From positions 1,152,001 to 1,216,000 of the forward strand of contig OZ223269.1 in assembly GCA_965140585.1 (NCBI GenBank): a DNA stretch of 64,000 nucleotides, read 5' to 3'. The DNA comes from Spirochaetia bacterium. GTDB lineage: Bacteria > Spirochaetota > Spirochaetia > UBA9216. Shown here piece after piece: positions 26,706 through 39,881 of the stretch (position 1 is its first letter; each line of letters starts with the position of its first letter). A program made the translations under genes and the position numbers. The notes under the pieces are model-generated. The model worked only from the letters and a program-made list of their open reading frames with translations, was not told where the DNA came from and did no database searches.

Positions 26706-29700
26706 ATGTCAGAAGAAATAGAAAAGAAAAATTTACCCAAAGCGACTTTAATAAAACACAAGAAGACGCCGCAGGAATCTGATGCTTCCAAGAACGAAAA
26801 GAAAAAAGTAGTTGTTGTAAAGAAGAAGAAGAAACCTGTAGTAAAAGCCGTACCTGCGTCAGGAAATGATTCATCCGACTCAAAGGATAAGAATATTCGC
26901 GTCCGCACAGATGAATCCTCCAAGGCTGCTGGTCGAAATGAGCGTCCTCAGGGCGGCTCAAGAAAAGGCAGAGCTCAGGATGATCTTTATTCACCTAATC
27001 AGGCGGTTAAAGAAAGTGCTGAAACCGCAGCACCTGTTTCTGAACCTTCTTCTGACAATAAACAGGAAACACGTGAAAACAGTCCCCGGGAAAGATTCAG
27101 CAGGGACAATAACAGCGAAAACAGAAGCACATACCAGGGCGATCGCGACAGCGGTGGATACCAGGGTAATCGCCAGGGTGGAGGATACCAGGGCAACCGC
27201 GACGGCGGAAGCGGATACCAGGGCAATCGTCAGGGCGGGGGCTATCAGGGCAACCGCGACGGCGGAAGCGGATACCAGGGCAATCGCCAGGGTGGAAGTG
27301 GATACCAGGGTAATCGTCAGGGCGGCGGCTATCAGGGCAACCGCGACGGCGGAAGCGGATACCAGGGTAATCGTCAGGGCGGCGGCTATCAGGGCAACCG
27401 CGACGGCGGAAGCGGATACCAGGGTAATCGTCAAGGCGGGGGCTATCAGGGCAACCGCGACGGCGGAAGCGGATACCAGGGTAATCGTCAGGGCGGCGGC
27501 TATCAGGGCAACCGCGACGGCGGAAGCGGATACCAGGGTAATCGTCAAGGCGGGGGCTATCAGGGCAACCGCGACGGCGGAAGCGGATACCAGGGTAATC
27601 GTCAAGGCGGGGGCTATCAGGGCAACCGCGACGGCGGAAGCGGATACCAGGGTAATCGTCAGGGCGGAAGCGGATACCAGGGCAATCGCCAGGGCGGAAG
27701 CGGATACCAGGGTAATCGTCAGGGCGGAAGCGGATACCAGGGTAATCGTCAGGGCGGAAGCGGATACCAGGGCAATCGACCGGCAGGCGGCGGATACCAG
27801 GGACGACCCGGAGGTCCAAGGCCGGGAGGTCCCAGACCAGGCGGACCCGGAAGACCCGGAGCAGCAGGTCCGGCACCCGATTCCCAGGAAAACAAGAAAA
27901 GCGCGGGAAGAAAGGTTTTTAAAACCAAGAAGAAGACTGACTACAAAAAGAAGGACGACGTTCAGGAAAGAGATTTTCAGATCAAGAAAAAGACTGTTCA
28001 GCGTGCTAACCCCGTTCCTTCTGAAATTGAAATGATGGAAGTCATCACAGTTTCTGATCTTGCAAGAAAAATGAATCTTAAGGCATCAGAACTCATAGGC
28101 AAGCTTATGGGTATGGGTATGATGGTTACTATAAATCAGCAAATTGATGCTGAAACAGCCGAAATACTCGCTGCTGAATATAACTGTAAGGTAAAAATTG
28201 TTTCTCTTTATGATGAAACAATCATAGAAAGCGAAAAGGATGAGGAATCAGATCTTAAACCAAGATCTCCAATTGTAACTGTCATGGGTCATGTAGACCA
28301 TGGTAAGACCAAACTCCTTGATGCAATACGAAAAACTGACAAAGTTGCCGATGAACATGGTGGAATTACACAGCACATTGGTGCATACAAAGTGGCTCTC
28401 GACCAGGGTTCAATAGTGTTCCTTGATACGCCGGGTCATGAAGCTTTTACTCTGATGCGTGCCCGTGGTGCACAGGTAACTGACATAGTAGTTCTTGTTG
28501 TAGCTGCAAATGACGGCGTTATGCCTCAAACAATTGAAGCTATCAACCACGCAAAAGAAGCTAAAGTACCTATAATAATCGCAGTAAACAAATGTGATTT
28601 ACCCGAAGCAAACCCGGACAGAGTTAAGCAGCAGCTTTCAGAGTACGAACTCATCCCTGAAGACTGGGGCGGCTCCACTTTATTCTGTGAAATATCAGCA
28701 CTTAAAGGAACAGGAGTTCAGGAGCTATTGGATACTATTCTTCTTCAGGCAGAAATCCTTGAGCTTAAGGCTAATTATGACTGCCGTGCAGAAGGAAAGG
28801 TTATAGAATCCAGAGTTGACCAGGGACGCGGTATTGTTTCTTCTGTAATTATAGAGAGAGGAACACTCAAAGTCGGCGATACCTTCGTAGCCGGAGTATT
28901 CCCCGGTAAGGTTAGAGCACTTTTTGATGATAAGGGAGATAAAATCGATGAGGCGGGTCCCGCAACACCGGTTGAAATACTTGGTTTCTCAGGTATTGCC
29001 AGTGCGGGTGCTCCATTTCAGGTAACTGAAAACGAAAGAACTGCCAGACAGGTCGGTGAAAAAAGGCAGGAACTTGAAAAGCTTGGTAAGGCTGAAAACC
29101 TCAGTAAAGTTACACTTGATAACCTTTACGATTCCATTCAGGACGGTGCAGTTCAGGAACTCAAGGTTATCATCAAGGGAGATGTGCACGGTTCAGTAGA
29201 AGCCCTGCAGTCAAGCCTTAAGAAGCTCAGCACTGATGAAATCAGGCTTGTTCCAATTCATGCCTCTGCAGGTGCTATTGTTGAAAACGATGTAACACTT
29301 GCTTCTGCATCTAATGCCATTATCATTGGTTTCCATGTTAGACCTACAGCCAAGGCGCTTGTTCTTGCTGAACAGGAAAAGGTTGATATCAGAAAATACA
29401 ACATTATTTACGATGCTGTTGCAGATATAAAAGCAGCCATGGAAGGAATGCTTGCACCGGAATTATCAGAAGAGACCATCGGTACTGTTGAAGTCCGTGA
29501 TGTCTTCAAGGTTCCAAAAATCGGACTTATCGCAGGATGTTATGTCCTTTCAGGTAAGGTAAAACGTAATGAGCAGGCTCATGTTATCCGTGACGGTGTA
29601 ATTATTCATTCCGGAAAGATTACATCACTTAAACGATTTAAGGATGATGCAAAAGAAGTTGATGCAGGTTATGAATGTGGTATCGGCATTGAAAATTATG

Positions 29701-29768
29701 CTGATGTACAGGTCGGCGATCAGTTTGAAGTTTTCATCATCAAGGAAACAGCAAGGAACCTGAGCTGA
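26706..29768 (+). CDS. infB: translation initiation factor IF-2
   Basis: [21 protein letters not shown] and [12 protein letters not shown] motifs. Confidence 0.98.
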   Translation: MSEEIEKKNLPKATLIKHKKTPQESDASKNEKKKVVVVKKKKKPVVKAVPASGNDSSDSKDKNIRVRTDESSKAAGRNERPQGGSRKGRAQDDLYSPNQAVKESAETAAPVSEPSSDNKQETRENSPRERFSRDNNSENRSTYQGDRDSGGYQGNRQGGGYQGNRDGGSGYQGNRQGGGYQGNRDGGSGYQGNRQGGSGYQGNRQGGGYQGNRDGGSGYQGNRQGGGYQGNRDGGSGYQGNRQGGGYQGNRDGGSGYQGNRQGGGYQGNRDGGSGYQGNRQGGGYQGNRDGGSGYQGNRQGGGYQGNRDGGSGYQGNRQGGSGYQGNRQGGSGYQGNRQGGSGYQGNRQGGSGYQGNRPAGGGYQGRPGGPRPGGPRPGGPGRPGAAGPAPDSQENKKSAGRKVFKTKKKTDYKKKDDVQERDFQIKKKTVQRANPVPSEIEMMEVITVSDLARKMNLKASELIGKLMGMGMMVTINQQIDAETAEILAAEYNCKVKIVSLYDETIIESEKDEESDLKPRSPIVTVMGHVDHGKTKLLDAIRKTDKVADEHGGITQHIGAYKVALDQGSIVFLDTPGHEAFTLMRARGAQVTDIVVLVVAANDGVMPQTIEAINHAKEAKVPIIIAVNKCDLPEANPDRVKQQLSEYELIPEDWGGSTLFCEISALKGTGVQELLDTILLQAEILELKANYDCRAEGKVIESRVDQGRGIVSSVIIERGTLKVGDTFVAGVFPGKVRALFDDKGDKIDEAGPATPVEILGFSGIASAGAPFQVTENERTARQVGEKRQELEKLGKAENLSKVTLDNLYDSIQDGAVQELKVIIKGDVHGSVEALQSSLKKLSTDEIRLVPIHASAGAIVENDVTLASASNAIIIGFHVRPTAKALVLAEQEKVDIRKYNIIYDAVADIKAAMEGMLAPELSEETIGTVEVRDVFKVPKIGLIAGCYVLSGKVKRNEQAHVIRDGVIIHSGKITSLKRFKDDAKEVDAGYECGIGIENYADVQVGDQFEVFIIKETARNLS
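27132..27803 (+). repeat. coding tandem repeat in infB: 24 YQG units of 27/30 bp with a 57-bp higher-order unit
   Basis: YQGNRQGGG / [10 protein letters not shown] / [10 protein letters not shown] units counted from the translation. The unit lengths sum to the 663 bp between the first and last Tyr codon. Confidence 0.95.
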
Positions 29769-29783
29769 ATCAGGAGAATTTAA

Positions 29784-30161
29784 ATGGCTGAGTACAGACT
29801 TCAGAGAGTAGAGAACCTGCTCAGAGAAGAAATAAGCAGCATGATTATGCGCGGTGTTATTAAAGACCCGCGCATAAGTACGCTTACTTCTATAACCAGA
29901 ATTGAGGTATCTAACGATCTTTCCCATGCTAAAGTTTTCATTTCAGGCTTTGAAAATGAAAATAAGATAAAGAAATGCGTTGATGCACTTAACCACGCAT
30001 CAGGCTATATTCAGAAACAGCTTGGAAAAAAAATGCATACCAGATCTACACCAAAACCGCATTTTATATTTGATACCTCAATCAAAGACGGTTTCGAGAT
30101 GACCCGTAAACTGGAAGATCTCGAAATTACCCCGGAATCTGATACGGAGAATACGGAATAG
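29784..30161 (+). CDS. rbfA: ribosome-binding factor A
   Basis: RLQRVE...IKDPR...VSNDLSHAKVF...P.PHF..D.S. Confidence 0.96.
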   Translation: MAEYRLQRVENLLREEISSMIMRGVIKDPRISTLTSITRIEVSNDLSHAKVFISGFENENKIKKCVDALNHASGYIQKQLGKKMHTRSTPKPHFIFDTSIKDGFEMTRKLEDLEITPESDTENTE

Positions 30162-30166
30162 TCAAT

Positions 30167-31066
30167 TTGAGCGAAGCAAACGGGATTATTCTCCTGAAAA
30201 AAACTTCCGGCCTTACATCATTTAAGGCATTGAGCGGTATAAAGCGAGTTTTGAAAGAGCATTCCGGAAATAAGGTTAAGGTAGGTCATACCGGAACACT
30301 TGACCAGTTTGCATCAGGACTTCTTGTTGTTCTTTCAGGCAAATATACACGGCTGAATCAGATATTCTCAGGATTTGACAAGAAATACAGTGCAGTAATA
30401 AAATTCGGAGAAACAACTGAAACCCTGGATCCGGAAGGGGCTGTCATCGGAACTGGATTGATACCTGATTTGACATTAATCACTGAAAAGATAGAAACTT
30501 TTAAAGGCTCAATAGAGCAGATACCTCCCAAATATTCGGCGGTACATGTTAATGGGAAAAGAGCATATAAGATGGCTTTAAAGGGGCAGGAAGTGAATAT
30601 TCCTTCCCGTAAAGTTTATATTTATTCTTTTGAAGTAACTTCCTGGCAGAGCCCTTTCTTAAGCGTGGATATTCATTGTTCAAAGGGTACTTATATAAGA
30701 TCACTGGCAAGAGATCTTGGACAGTCATGCGGTACCTGCGCATATCTGACGGAATTGAAACGAACAGAAGTTGGCCCTTTCAGTCTTAACGATGCAGTCA
30801 GTGAAACAGAATTTAATCCTGAATCAAATTTTCTTGACAGCAGGGCTGCAATAGAAGCAATTTATAAACATAACATGAGTATCGGTATACTCGAATTAAA
30901 GCAGGAAAGACGGCAGGATATAACTCACGGGTCATTACCTGATGATTCATTTTTTGATAATAAACCTGAATTTGATGGAACCTACGCCGTTTACAGCAAT
31001 GAGACCTTATGTGCGGTTATTGAATATTCTAACAATAATTACAGATATTTAATGGTGACTTTATAG
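30167..31066 (+). CDS. truB: tRNA pseudouridine(55) synthase
   Basis: KVGHTGTLD, PPKYSAVHVNGKRAY and CSKGTYIRSLARDLG motifs. Confidence 0.96.
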   Translation: MSEANGIILLKKTSGLTSFKALSGIKRVLKEHSGNKVKVGHTGTLDQFASGLLVVLSGKYTRLNQIFSGFDKKYSAVIKFGETTETLDPEGAVIGTGLIPDLTLITEKIETFKGSIEQIPPKYSAVHVNGKRAYKMALKGQEVNIPSRKVYIYSFEVTSWQSPFLSVDIHCSKGTYIRSLARDLGQSCGTCAYLTELKRTEVGPFSLNDAVSETEFNPESNFLDSRAAIEAIYKHNMSIGILELKQERRQDITHGSLPDDSFFDNKPEFDGTYAVYSNETLCAVIEYSNNNYRYLMVTL

Positions 31067-31069
31067 ATT

Positions 31070-31855
31070 ATGCATATAATTGGATGGAATGAATTACTGA
31101 AAAACGGGCTTCCTCTCCAGCAGGAGATCTCTCTTACTGTTGGCGTTTTTGACGGAGTTCACAGAGGACACAGGCAGCTGATTGATTGTCTGAAAACAAG
31201 GGAAGGAACGTTACCCGTTGTAGCAACCTTCAAATCTAATCCTATTCTGCTATTCAGACCTGATCTGTATAAAGGTGACATTCTCACTTATGAACAGAAG
31301 CTTGACCGGCTGGTTGAGGCTGGCTGCGCCTCAATCATTCTAATTGACTTTTCTCCAGAATTCAGTAAACTGTCAGGAAGGGATTTCTTCAATTGTCTTA
31401 AAGATTCGATGAAACTCAGCCATCTGGTACTTGGAAAAGACCATAAGCTTGGCCGGAACGGAGATACTTCATCAGAAATGGCAAGAGAGCGGCTGGAACC
31501 TCAGGGAATAAAGGTTGATATCGTTGAACCGCTGATAGACGGCGATTTACCGGTAAGCAGTACAAGAATAAGGAATTCCATTGAGGAAGGCGATTTTAAT
31601 ACTGCCGAAAAGCTTTTAGGCTGCCGCCATGAATTGAACATAGAGGGCATCAGTCCCGTAACAGAGAATAACTCCTCCTGGTACAGGAGAAGAGATATTA
31701 AACAGGTGCTGCCGTTATTCGGACGATATGCTGTAGAATACGATAACAGCGGCTTTACCTTCGCCACAACGATTCAGATTACGGAAGACCGGCTGATAGT
31801 GGAAAATCTGCCGGATTTTAAATCTGACAAACTAAAAATTTTTAATCTTTTGTAG
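31070..31855 (+). CDS. ribF: FAD synthetase family protein (FMN adenylyltransferase domain; riboflavin-kinase domain degenerate)
   Basis: [10 protein letters not shown] and VSSTRIR present; no GFPTAN kinase motif; only 261 aa. Confidence 0.85.
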   Translation: MHIIGWNELLKNGLPLQQEISLTVGVFDGVHRGHRQLIDCLKTREGTLPVVATFKSNPILLFRPDLYKGDILTYEQKLDRLVEAGCASIILIDFSPEFSKLSGRDFFNCLKDSMKLSHLVLGKDHKLGRNGDTSSEMARERLEPQGIKVDIVEPLIDGDLPVSSTRIRNSIEEGDFNTAEKLLGCRHELNIEGISPVTENNSSWYRRRDIKQVLPLFGRYAVEYDNSGFTFATTIQITEDRLIVENLPDFKSDKLKIFNLL

Positions 31856-31865
31856 GGAGTATACA

Positions 31866-32132
31866 ATGTTAACAAAAGAACGCAAGCAGGCGATTATAGC
31901 AGAATTTGGACTCAACGATAAGGACACAGGTTCAACTGAGGTTCAGATTGCACTGCTTACAGCAAGAATTCAGGATTTAACTGATCACTTTAAAGAGCAC
32001 AAGAAAGATCATAGTTCAAGAAGGGGACTTCTGAAGATGGTCGGCCAGAGAAGAACTTTTCTGAAATATCTTAAAAGAACAGATCTGGAAGCCTACAGGG
32101 AGATTTTGAAGAAACTGAATCTCAGAAAGTAA
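31866..32132 (+). CDS. rpsO: 30S ribosomal protein S15
   Basis: [13 protein letters not shown]...[19 protein letters not shown]. Confidence 0.99.
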   Translation: MLTKERKQAIIAEFGLNDKDTGSTEVQIALLTARIQDLTDHFKEHKKDHSSRRGLLKMVGQRRTFLKYLKRTDLEAYREILKKLNLRK

Positions 32133-32152
32133 TTAATTATTAGGAATTATTT

Positions 32153-34273
<2,121 letters not shown>

Positions 34274-34290
34274 CTTACTTAGGTAAATTA

Positions 34291-34321
34291 AACCCGGTGG
34301 TAAGACACCGGGTTCTTTTTT
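34291..34321 (+). terminator. intrinsic terminator after pnp
   Basis: AACCCGGTG-gtaaga-CACCGGGTT followed by CTTTTTT. Confidence 0.88.
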
Positions 34322-34327
34322 GGAGCC

Positions 34328-34768
34328 GTGATGAAAAATTTTAAAGTACGATACAGCTGCACTGAAAATCTTGAACCGGTATATTCTTCAGAGTTTGCAT
34401 CAGGAGCTGATTTAAAGGCTGATGTCAATGAAGATATTATACTCAGCCCTCTTCAGCGGGTTATGGTTCCAACCGGCATTAAACTTGAAATACCGGCCGG
34501 TTATGAAGCCCAGGTAAGACCCCGATCAGGACTAGCCGCAAAAAGCGGGATTACAGTTCTAAATACTCCCGGCACAATCGATGCTGATTACCGTGGAGAA
34601 GTCAAAATAATTCTGATAAACCTCAGCAGTGAAGATTTTATAATTAAACGCGGAGACCGCATTGCACAGCTGGTGTTTGCACCTGTTGTTCAGGCAGAAT
34701 TGATTAAAACAGAAGAACTTTCAGAAACAGACAGGGGGAGCGGCGGTTTCGGCTCTACCGGAGTCTGA
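34328..34768 (+). CDS. dut: dUTP diphosphatase (trimeric)
   Basis: [27 protein letters not shown] and [10 protein letters not shown] motifs. Confidence 0.98.
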   Translation: MMKNFKVRYSCTENLEPVYSSEFASGADLKADVNEDIILSPLQRVMVPTGIKLEIPAGYEAQVRPRSGLAAKSGITVLNTPGTIDADYRGEVKIILINLSSEDFIIKRGDRIAQLVFAPVVQAELIKTEELSETDRGSGGFGSTGV

Positions 34769-34790
34769 GTTTCAGGGATAAATTAATTAA

Positions 34791-36059
34791 GTGGGTAGAA
34801 AGTTTACCAGTGTTTACAGATACGTAGCGGAAGAATTTCTCTTTTCATTTACCGTTGCGTTTTTATTCTTCTTCTTCATTTTCTTCGTAAATCAAATACT
34901 TCTCATGGCAGAAGAAATACTCTCCAAAAACATCGGCATATTTGTAGTCCTTAGACTGCTGATATATTCTCTGCCGGCAATAATATCATTCTCATTTCCC
35001 TTCGGCTCACTTGTAGGAGCTTTAATGGCTATAGGCCGTCTATCTTCGGATAATGAAGTTCTCGCATTTCAAGCCTGTGGTGTGCCGGCACTAAGACTTT
35101 TTATTCCTATTGCAGTAGTGGGTCTTGTATTTTCATTATTCAGTTTCTTAATGAATGATATTTTCTATCCTATGGGAAATATAAAATTCAGCCAGCTATA
35201 CCGTGAAGTCTTATATTCCAACCCGGAGCTGGAATTATCTCCATATTCAATCAAACGCTACCAGAAAAGTACAATAATCACAGGAAAAATTGAAAATAAT
35301 ATAATCTACGATCTGGTGATCATGGATAAAACTCCAGAAAAAGACAGGCGTATTATACTTGCTGATTCAGCCTCACTGAACAAACTTGAAGAACAGAATG
35401 GTGTAATTTCTCTGGAACTGCATGGAGTATTCATTCAGACCTTTGATCAAAAAAAGAAGAACGATTTTGATTATCTCACATCACAGTCCATGGTTTATAA
35501 TATTCTTCTTAAAGATATATCATTTTCAATGAAATCACCCGGACCGAGAGAAATGAGTTCGAGAGATGTAAAAGCTGAAATTCTAAAAAAACAGGGTTCA
35601 CTTGATTCCAAAATTCTCTCAAACCTCAGAAGTGCGGAACTTTCAGGATATACTATGACCTCTGAATACTATACTGCGGTTTCTCAGTTTCCGCCGAATT
35701 CCGATTTTAAAATAATGAGTTCAAATCTTGAAGATTACAGAAACCGGCTAAATAAGAACCTCAGTGACCGATCATTAAAAATATACCTTGTTGAATACTA
35801 TAAAAAGTTTTCATTGCCATTTGCCTGCTTTGCTTTTGTACTTTTCGCATTTCCAGTCGGACTTTTCACCAAAAGAAGCGGTCGTTCGGTCGGCTTCGGT
35901 ATAGGACTTCTTGTTGCAGTTGCTTACTGGGGACTTCTATTTGCAGGACAGACTTTCGGTATACAAAATGATTCAATACCTGTACTGACAATGTGGATGC
36001 CGGATATAGTAATCATGGCTGCAGCTCTAATATTTTCATTACTGAGGTTTCGCCATTGA
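34791..36059 (+). CDS. lptF: LptF/LptG family permease (LptF-like)
   Basis: GRLSSDNEVLAFQACG, EYYKKFSLPFAC, MWMPD; 3+3 TM layout. Confidence 0.85.
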   Translation: MGRKFTSVYRYVAEEFLFSFTVAFLFFFFIFFVNQILLMAEEILSKNIGIFVVLRLLIYSLPAIISFSFPFGSLVGALMAIGRLSSDNEVLAFQACGVPALRLFIPIAVVGLVFSLFSFLMNDIFYPMGNIKFSQLYREVLYSNPELELSPYSIKRYQKSTIITGKIENNIIYDLVIMDKTPEKDRRIILADSASLNKLEEQNGVISLELHGVFIQTFDQKKKNDFDYLTSQSMVYNILLKDISFSMKSPGPREMSSRDVKAEILKKQGSLDSKILSNLRSAELSGYTMTSEYYTAVSQFPPNSDFKIMSSNLEDYRNRLNKNLSDRSLKIYLVEYYKKFSLPFACFAFVLFAFPVGLFTKRSGRSVGFGIGLLVAVAYWGLLFAGQTFGIQNDSIPVLTMWMPDIVIMAAALIFSLLRFRH

Positions 36060-37141
36060 ACACTTTAGACAGAATGATCATCAGACAGTTTTTACCGACT
36101 CTTCTTGTTGCTGTAATGTTTTTTGTTCTAATCCTTGAGATGGTTGATTTATTTGCAAACCTATGGCGTTATATCGACAATGAAACTCCTTTAATGCAGA
36201 TAGTTACTGTATTTATATTATATATTCCAAAGTGTATTTCGTTTTCAATACCGATGGCACTTCTGTTTGCGGTTTCATATACCCTTGGAAATTTCTATTC
36301 AAATAATGAGCTTATTGCGGTTTTCGGCTCCGGAGTACCGCTTTTCAGATTTGTTCTTCCTCTGATTTTTGCGGGGCTTATTCTAAGTGTTTTTTCATTT
36401 GCTTTTGAAGAAAACCTCGTAATAGAAACCTATAAAATGAAAAACGATCTCTCTAACCAGATGCTCAGACGCTCGGAAAGTCTGAATAACAGCAATCCCA
36501 CAGTAATCGATGAGAATGGAAGAGTTATCTACAGTGCAGATTTTTACAACGATAATGAAACAAACCTTACTAATTTAACTCTTATAGAAAGAGATGTTGA
36601 TGGTAATCTGATACAGAGCTTAAGCGCCGAATACGCCAAATGGAATGAGGAAAAATTACTTTGGGAATTTAACCGATGCAGGATTTATGCTTTAAATTCA
36701 GATTCCGGATTTTATGAAATTGATTATATAGACAAGTATACTAATGTACTTTATGATGCTGCACCTTTTACATTCAGGAAGGTTGTCCGTGATGTTGAAG
36801 AAATGCAGCTTAAAGATGCATCAATGTGGATTGAAGCGCTTCAGAAAGCCGGACTGCCTTACAGAGAAGCCCTTACCGCTTATTACAAAAGATTTTCTTT
36901 TGCACTCACACCATTTATAGTCAGTCTGCTTTCAGCAGCTATCGGCGGACGATTCAGAAAAAATATACTGTTGATGAGTCTGCTTACAAGTCTTATTATA
37001 TCTGTAGTATATTACGTAATGCAGATGGTTCTGGTTATTCTGGCAAATCTGGGTTATATATCTCCTGCAGCAGGAGCCTGGTCACCATTCATCTTTTTCT
37101 GCATACTTGGATTCTTTGCCTACCGATGGTCTCATTCGTAA
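36056..37141 (+). CDS. lptG: LptF/LptG family permease (LptG-like)
   Basis: TTG start overlapping the lptF stop with GAGG RBS; LDRMIIRQF, NNELIAVFGSG and ISPAAGAWSP motifs. Confidence 0.85.
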   Translation: MNTLDRMIIRQFLPTLLVAVMFFVLILEMVDLFANLWRYIDNETPLMQIVTVFILYIPKCISFSIPMALLFAVSYTLGNFYSNNELIAVFGSGVPLFRFVLPLIFAGLILSVFSFAFEENLVIETYKMKNDLSNQMLRRSESLNNSNPTVIDENGRVIYSADFYNDNETNLTNLTLIERDVDGNLIQSLSAEYAKWNEEKLLWEFNRCRIYALNSDSGFYEIDYIDKYTNVLYDAAPFTFRKVVRDVEEMQLKDASMWIEALQKAGLPYREALTAYYKRFSFALTPFIVSLLSAAIGGRFRKNILLMSLLTSLIISVVYYVMQMVLVILANLGYISPAAGAWSPFIFFCILGFFAYRWSHS

Positions 37142-37170
37142 TAAATTATTCTTTAAATATGGAGTATTAG

Positions 37171-38313
37171 TTGAAATTCGAAGTTACATTACACGATTCA
37201 GAATCTTCCGCCAGAACCGGAAAACTTGAACTGCCTCACGGCACCCTTGAAACACCGGTCTTTATGCCCGTCGGAACAAATGCAACTGTCAAAGGTATGC
37301 ATCATGATACCCTCGATAATATCGGATTTAAGCTTATCCTTGCAAATACCTATCACTTGTACCTCCGTCCCGGTATGGATCTGTTTCTTGAATTCGGAGG
37401 AGTACACAAATTCAGTAACTGGAAGCACAATATTCTTACCGACAGCGGCGGATTCCAGGTATTCTCGCTTGCGCCCTTCCGAAAGATAAAGGAAGAGGGC
37501 GTATATTTTAGATCTCACATTGACGGCAGCTATCATACTCTGACTCCCGAGAAGGTTGTTCAGCTCCAGAAGGCTTTCAACAGCGATATTATGATGCAGC
37601 TTGATGTTTGTACAGCTCCTGAAATAGACTATCGAAAAGCTCTTGAAGCACTTGAACTTACAACAAGATGGGCCGGAAGATGCAAAACCGAGTGGCTCAA
37701 GGAATCTCCCGGTTACGAAGGAAGTCTTTTCGGGATAGTGCAGGGAAACTTTTATGAAGATCTCCGAAAAAGAAGTGCAGAGGAACTCATTGAGCTTGAT
37801 CTTCCCGGATACGCTATAGGCGGTCTTTCAGTCGGTGAAGAGTACAATATATTCCGGGACTTTCTTTCATATACTTCACAATTCCTGCCCGAATCAAAAC
37901 CTAGATATCTTATGGGTATAGGTACACCTGAATACATACTAGATGCTGTTGAAAACGGTATTGATCTTTTTGACTGTGTACTTCCCACAAGAATTGCCCG
38001 CAACGGGACTGTATTTACAAGGGGAGGAACCATTTCTCTCAAAAAAGCGGTGCACTCCTCATCACATGAACCTATTGAAGAAGGCTGCGGCTGCCGGGCC
38101 TGTACACAGTATTCCCGGGCTTACCTTCGGCATATGTTCAAGGCAGGTGAGATGTATGGGCCCATGCTGGCCACGGAACATAATCTCTTCTTTCTTTATA
38201 AAATGCTTGAAGATATACGAAAAAGTATACGCGAAGACCGTTTTCCACAGTTTAAAAAAGAATTTTTGTCCGGTTACAACTCAAGCAGTTCCACCGGAAA
38301 GGCCGGCAGATAA
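37171..38313 (+). CDS. tgt: tRNA-guanine transglycosylase
   Basis: TPVFMPVGT, DSGGFQ, LDVC, GGLSVGE, DCVLPTR and CGCRAC zinc motif. Confidence 0.98.
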   Translation: MKFEVTLHDSESSARTGKLELPHGTLETPVFMPVGTNATVKGMHHDTLDNIGFKLILANTYHLYLRPGMDLFLEFGGVHKFSNWKHNILTDSGGFQVFSLAPFRKIKEEGVYFRSHIDGSYHTLTPEKVVQLQKAFNSDIMMQLDVCTAPEIDYRKALEALELTTRWAGRCKTEWLKESPGYEGSLFGIVQGNFYEDLRKRSAEELIELDLPGYAIGGLSVGEEYNIFRDFLSYTSQFLPESKPRYLMGIGTPEYILDAVENGIDLFDCVLPTRIARNGTVFTRGGTISLKKAVHSSSHEPIEEGCGCRACTQYSRAYLRHMFKAGEMYGPMLATEHNLFFLYKMLEDIRKSIREDRFPQFKKEFLSGYNSSSSTGKAGR

Positions 38314-38318
38314 AAATT

Positions 38319-39881
38319 ATGAGCGATAAAACAAAAACTGTCCGTTCTACCTTCGTTGTCATGGTATGTACTTTTGCATCGAGAATACTCGGATTCATAC
38401 GAATCGCTGTGATTACAGCTATTTTCGGTGCTGGTGATGTAGCTGACGTTATAAATCTTACTTTTTCTATCCCGAATAACCTCAGGAAACTGATGGCTGA
38501 AGGAGCACTTTCTTCAGCATTTATACCTGTTCTTTCACAGGCCATTGTAAAAGATAAATCCGGAAAAGAACCAAAGCGTCTAGTGAGAAATATTCTGTCA
38601 TTTCAGGTCTTGATTCTTGTTCCCCTATGCGTTCTGCTTATAATCTTTGCAAAACCGCTTATCGCTCTTGTCCTGGCCGAGTTTGATGCGCAATGGCAGG
38701 TAGAACTTGCTGTAAAACTTTTCAGATGGTTTATCAATTATCTGCTTTTTATAAGTATCAGTGCAGTTCTAATGGCAACTCTCAACTCATCAGGTCATTT
38801 TATGGTACCGGCAGTTACACCGATACTTTTTTCCATCTGCGTAATAGGCTCTATAATCCTTCTTCATTATGTTCTCGGTGTTTATTCAATGGTGGTAGGT
38901 GTTCTGGCTGGAGGGCTGGCTCAGATACTGTTTCAGTCTCCTGTTTTCATAAAATCCGGCTTTGATTTTAAACCTGATTTTAAGTTCAAAAATTCCGGTT
39001 TTCAGCGGATAATGAAACAATGGATGCCGGTTCTTGCCACAAGCTCAATCTTAACAGTAACACAGACAATTGCTTTCCGTTTTGCAAGCGGTCTTTCTGA
39101 AGGAAGTACTTCTGCACTCAGCAATGCAGTTGTTTTCTGGCAGTTCCCTTACGGAATTTTTTCAGCATCGATATCAACAGTACTGTTTCCGAGAATGAGC
39201 CGTCAGGCAGCTTCATCTGATTACTCCGGACTTGCAGATACTATACAGTATGGTATACGCTACCTGGCTGTACTTCTGATTCCATCAACTCTTTTTTTAA
39301 GCCTTTTCGGCAAAGAGATTATAGCAGTCACCATTCAGCACGGCATGTTTACTGCCGAAAATACTATTATGACCGCATCTGTATTAACAGCCTATAGTGC
39401 AGGACTGTTCAGCTCTGGCGCATATAATTTCCTCCAGAGATTTTTTTACAGTTCAGGTAATTACCGTATCCCCCTGTATATGACTATTATAATTGCAGTA
39501 AGCGATATAATTCTTTCTCTTATTCTGAAAGAAACATATCTCGGGGTCAGGGGACTTGCTTATGCCAATACCATTTCCTTCAGTATCGGGTTTATAATTC
39601 TGTTTATTCTTGCGGTATTAAAACTTCAGACTATAGATTATAGAAGTATTTTGAAGACCTTTTTAAAGATAATCTTTTCAATGACACCATTTATTGCTTT
39701 TCTACTTATTTTTAAGAGATTAAGCGGAGATTGGTGGCTGGATGGAAGCAGTTTTTACGGTGTAGCTATGCTTTTAGCCGGTTTTACCGTCAGTTGCGCA
39801 TTAATATTGGGTATGTATAAACTTACAAGAGTCGAGATGATAAATGCTCTTCTGAGTAAAAGGAAAAGAAAAAATGCATAA
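38319..39881 (+). CDS. murJ: lipid II flippase MurJ (MviN)
   Basis: SRILGFIR...IPNNLRKLMAEGALSSAFIPV, QFPYGIF. Confidence 0.95.
   Translation: MSDKTKTVRSTFVVMVCTFASRILGFIRIAVITAIFGAGDVADVINLTFSIPNNLRKLMAEGALSSAFIPVLSQAIVKDKSGKEPKRLVRNILSFQVLILVPLCVLLIIFAKPLIALVLAEFDAQWQVELAVKLFRWFINYLLFISISAVLMATLNSSGHFMVPAVTPILFSICVIGSIILLHYVLGVYSMVVGVLAGGLAQILFQSPVFIKSGFDFKPDFKFKNSGFQRIMKQWMPVLATSSILTVTQTIAFRFASGLSEGSTSALSNAVVFWQFPYGIFSASISTVLFPRMSRQAASSDYSGLADTIQYGIRYLAVLLIPSTLFLSLFGKEIIAVTIQHGMFTAENTIMTASVLTAYSAGLFSSGAYNFLQRFFYSSGNYRIPLYMTIIIAVSDIILSLILKETYLGVRGLAYANTISFSIGFIILFILAVLKLQTIDYRSILKTFLKIIFSMTPFIAFLLIFKRLSGDWWLDGSSFYGVAMLLAGFTVSCALILGMYKLTRVEMINALLSKRKRKNA

Noticed and set aside
27132-27803. 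Regular repeats considered as a CRISPR array
   Set aside because: No unique spacers, unit lengths are multiples of 3 within a coding frame, and no cas genes are present
26866-28035. Long alternative-frame and antisense ORFs over the infB repeat (389, 259, 204 aa)
   Set aside because: They are a by-product of an in-frame, stop-free tandem repeat; no RBS or domain signal
37171-38313. tgt as a DNA-modifying DpdA or queuine-salvage variant
   Set aside because: It has canonical bacterial TGT pocket residues (LDVC, GGLSVGE) and a housekeeping context, with no dpd genes
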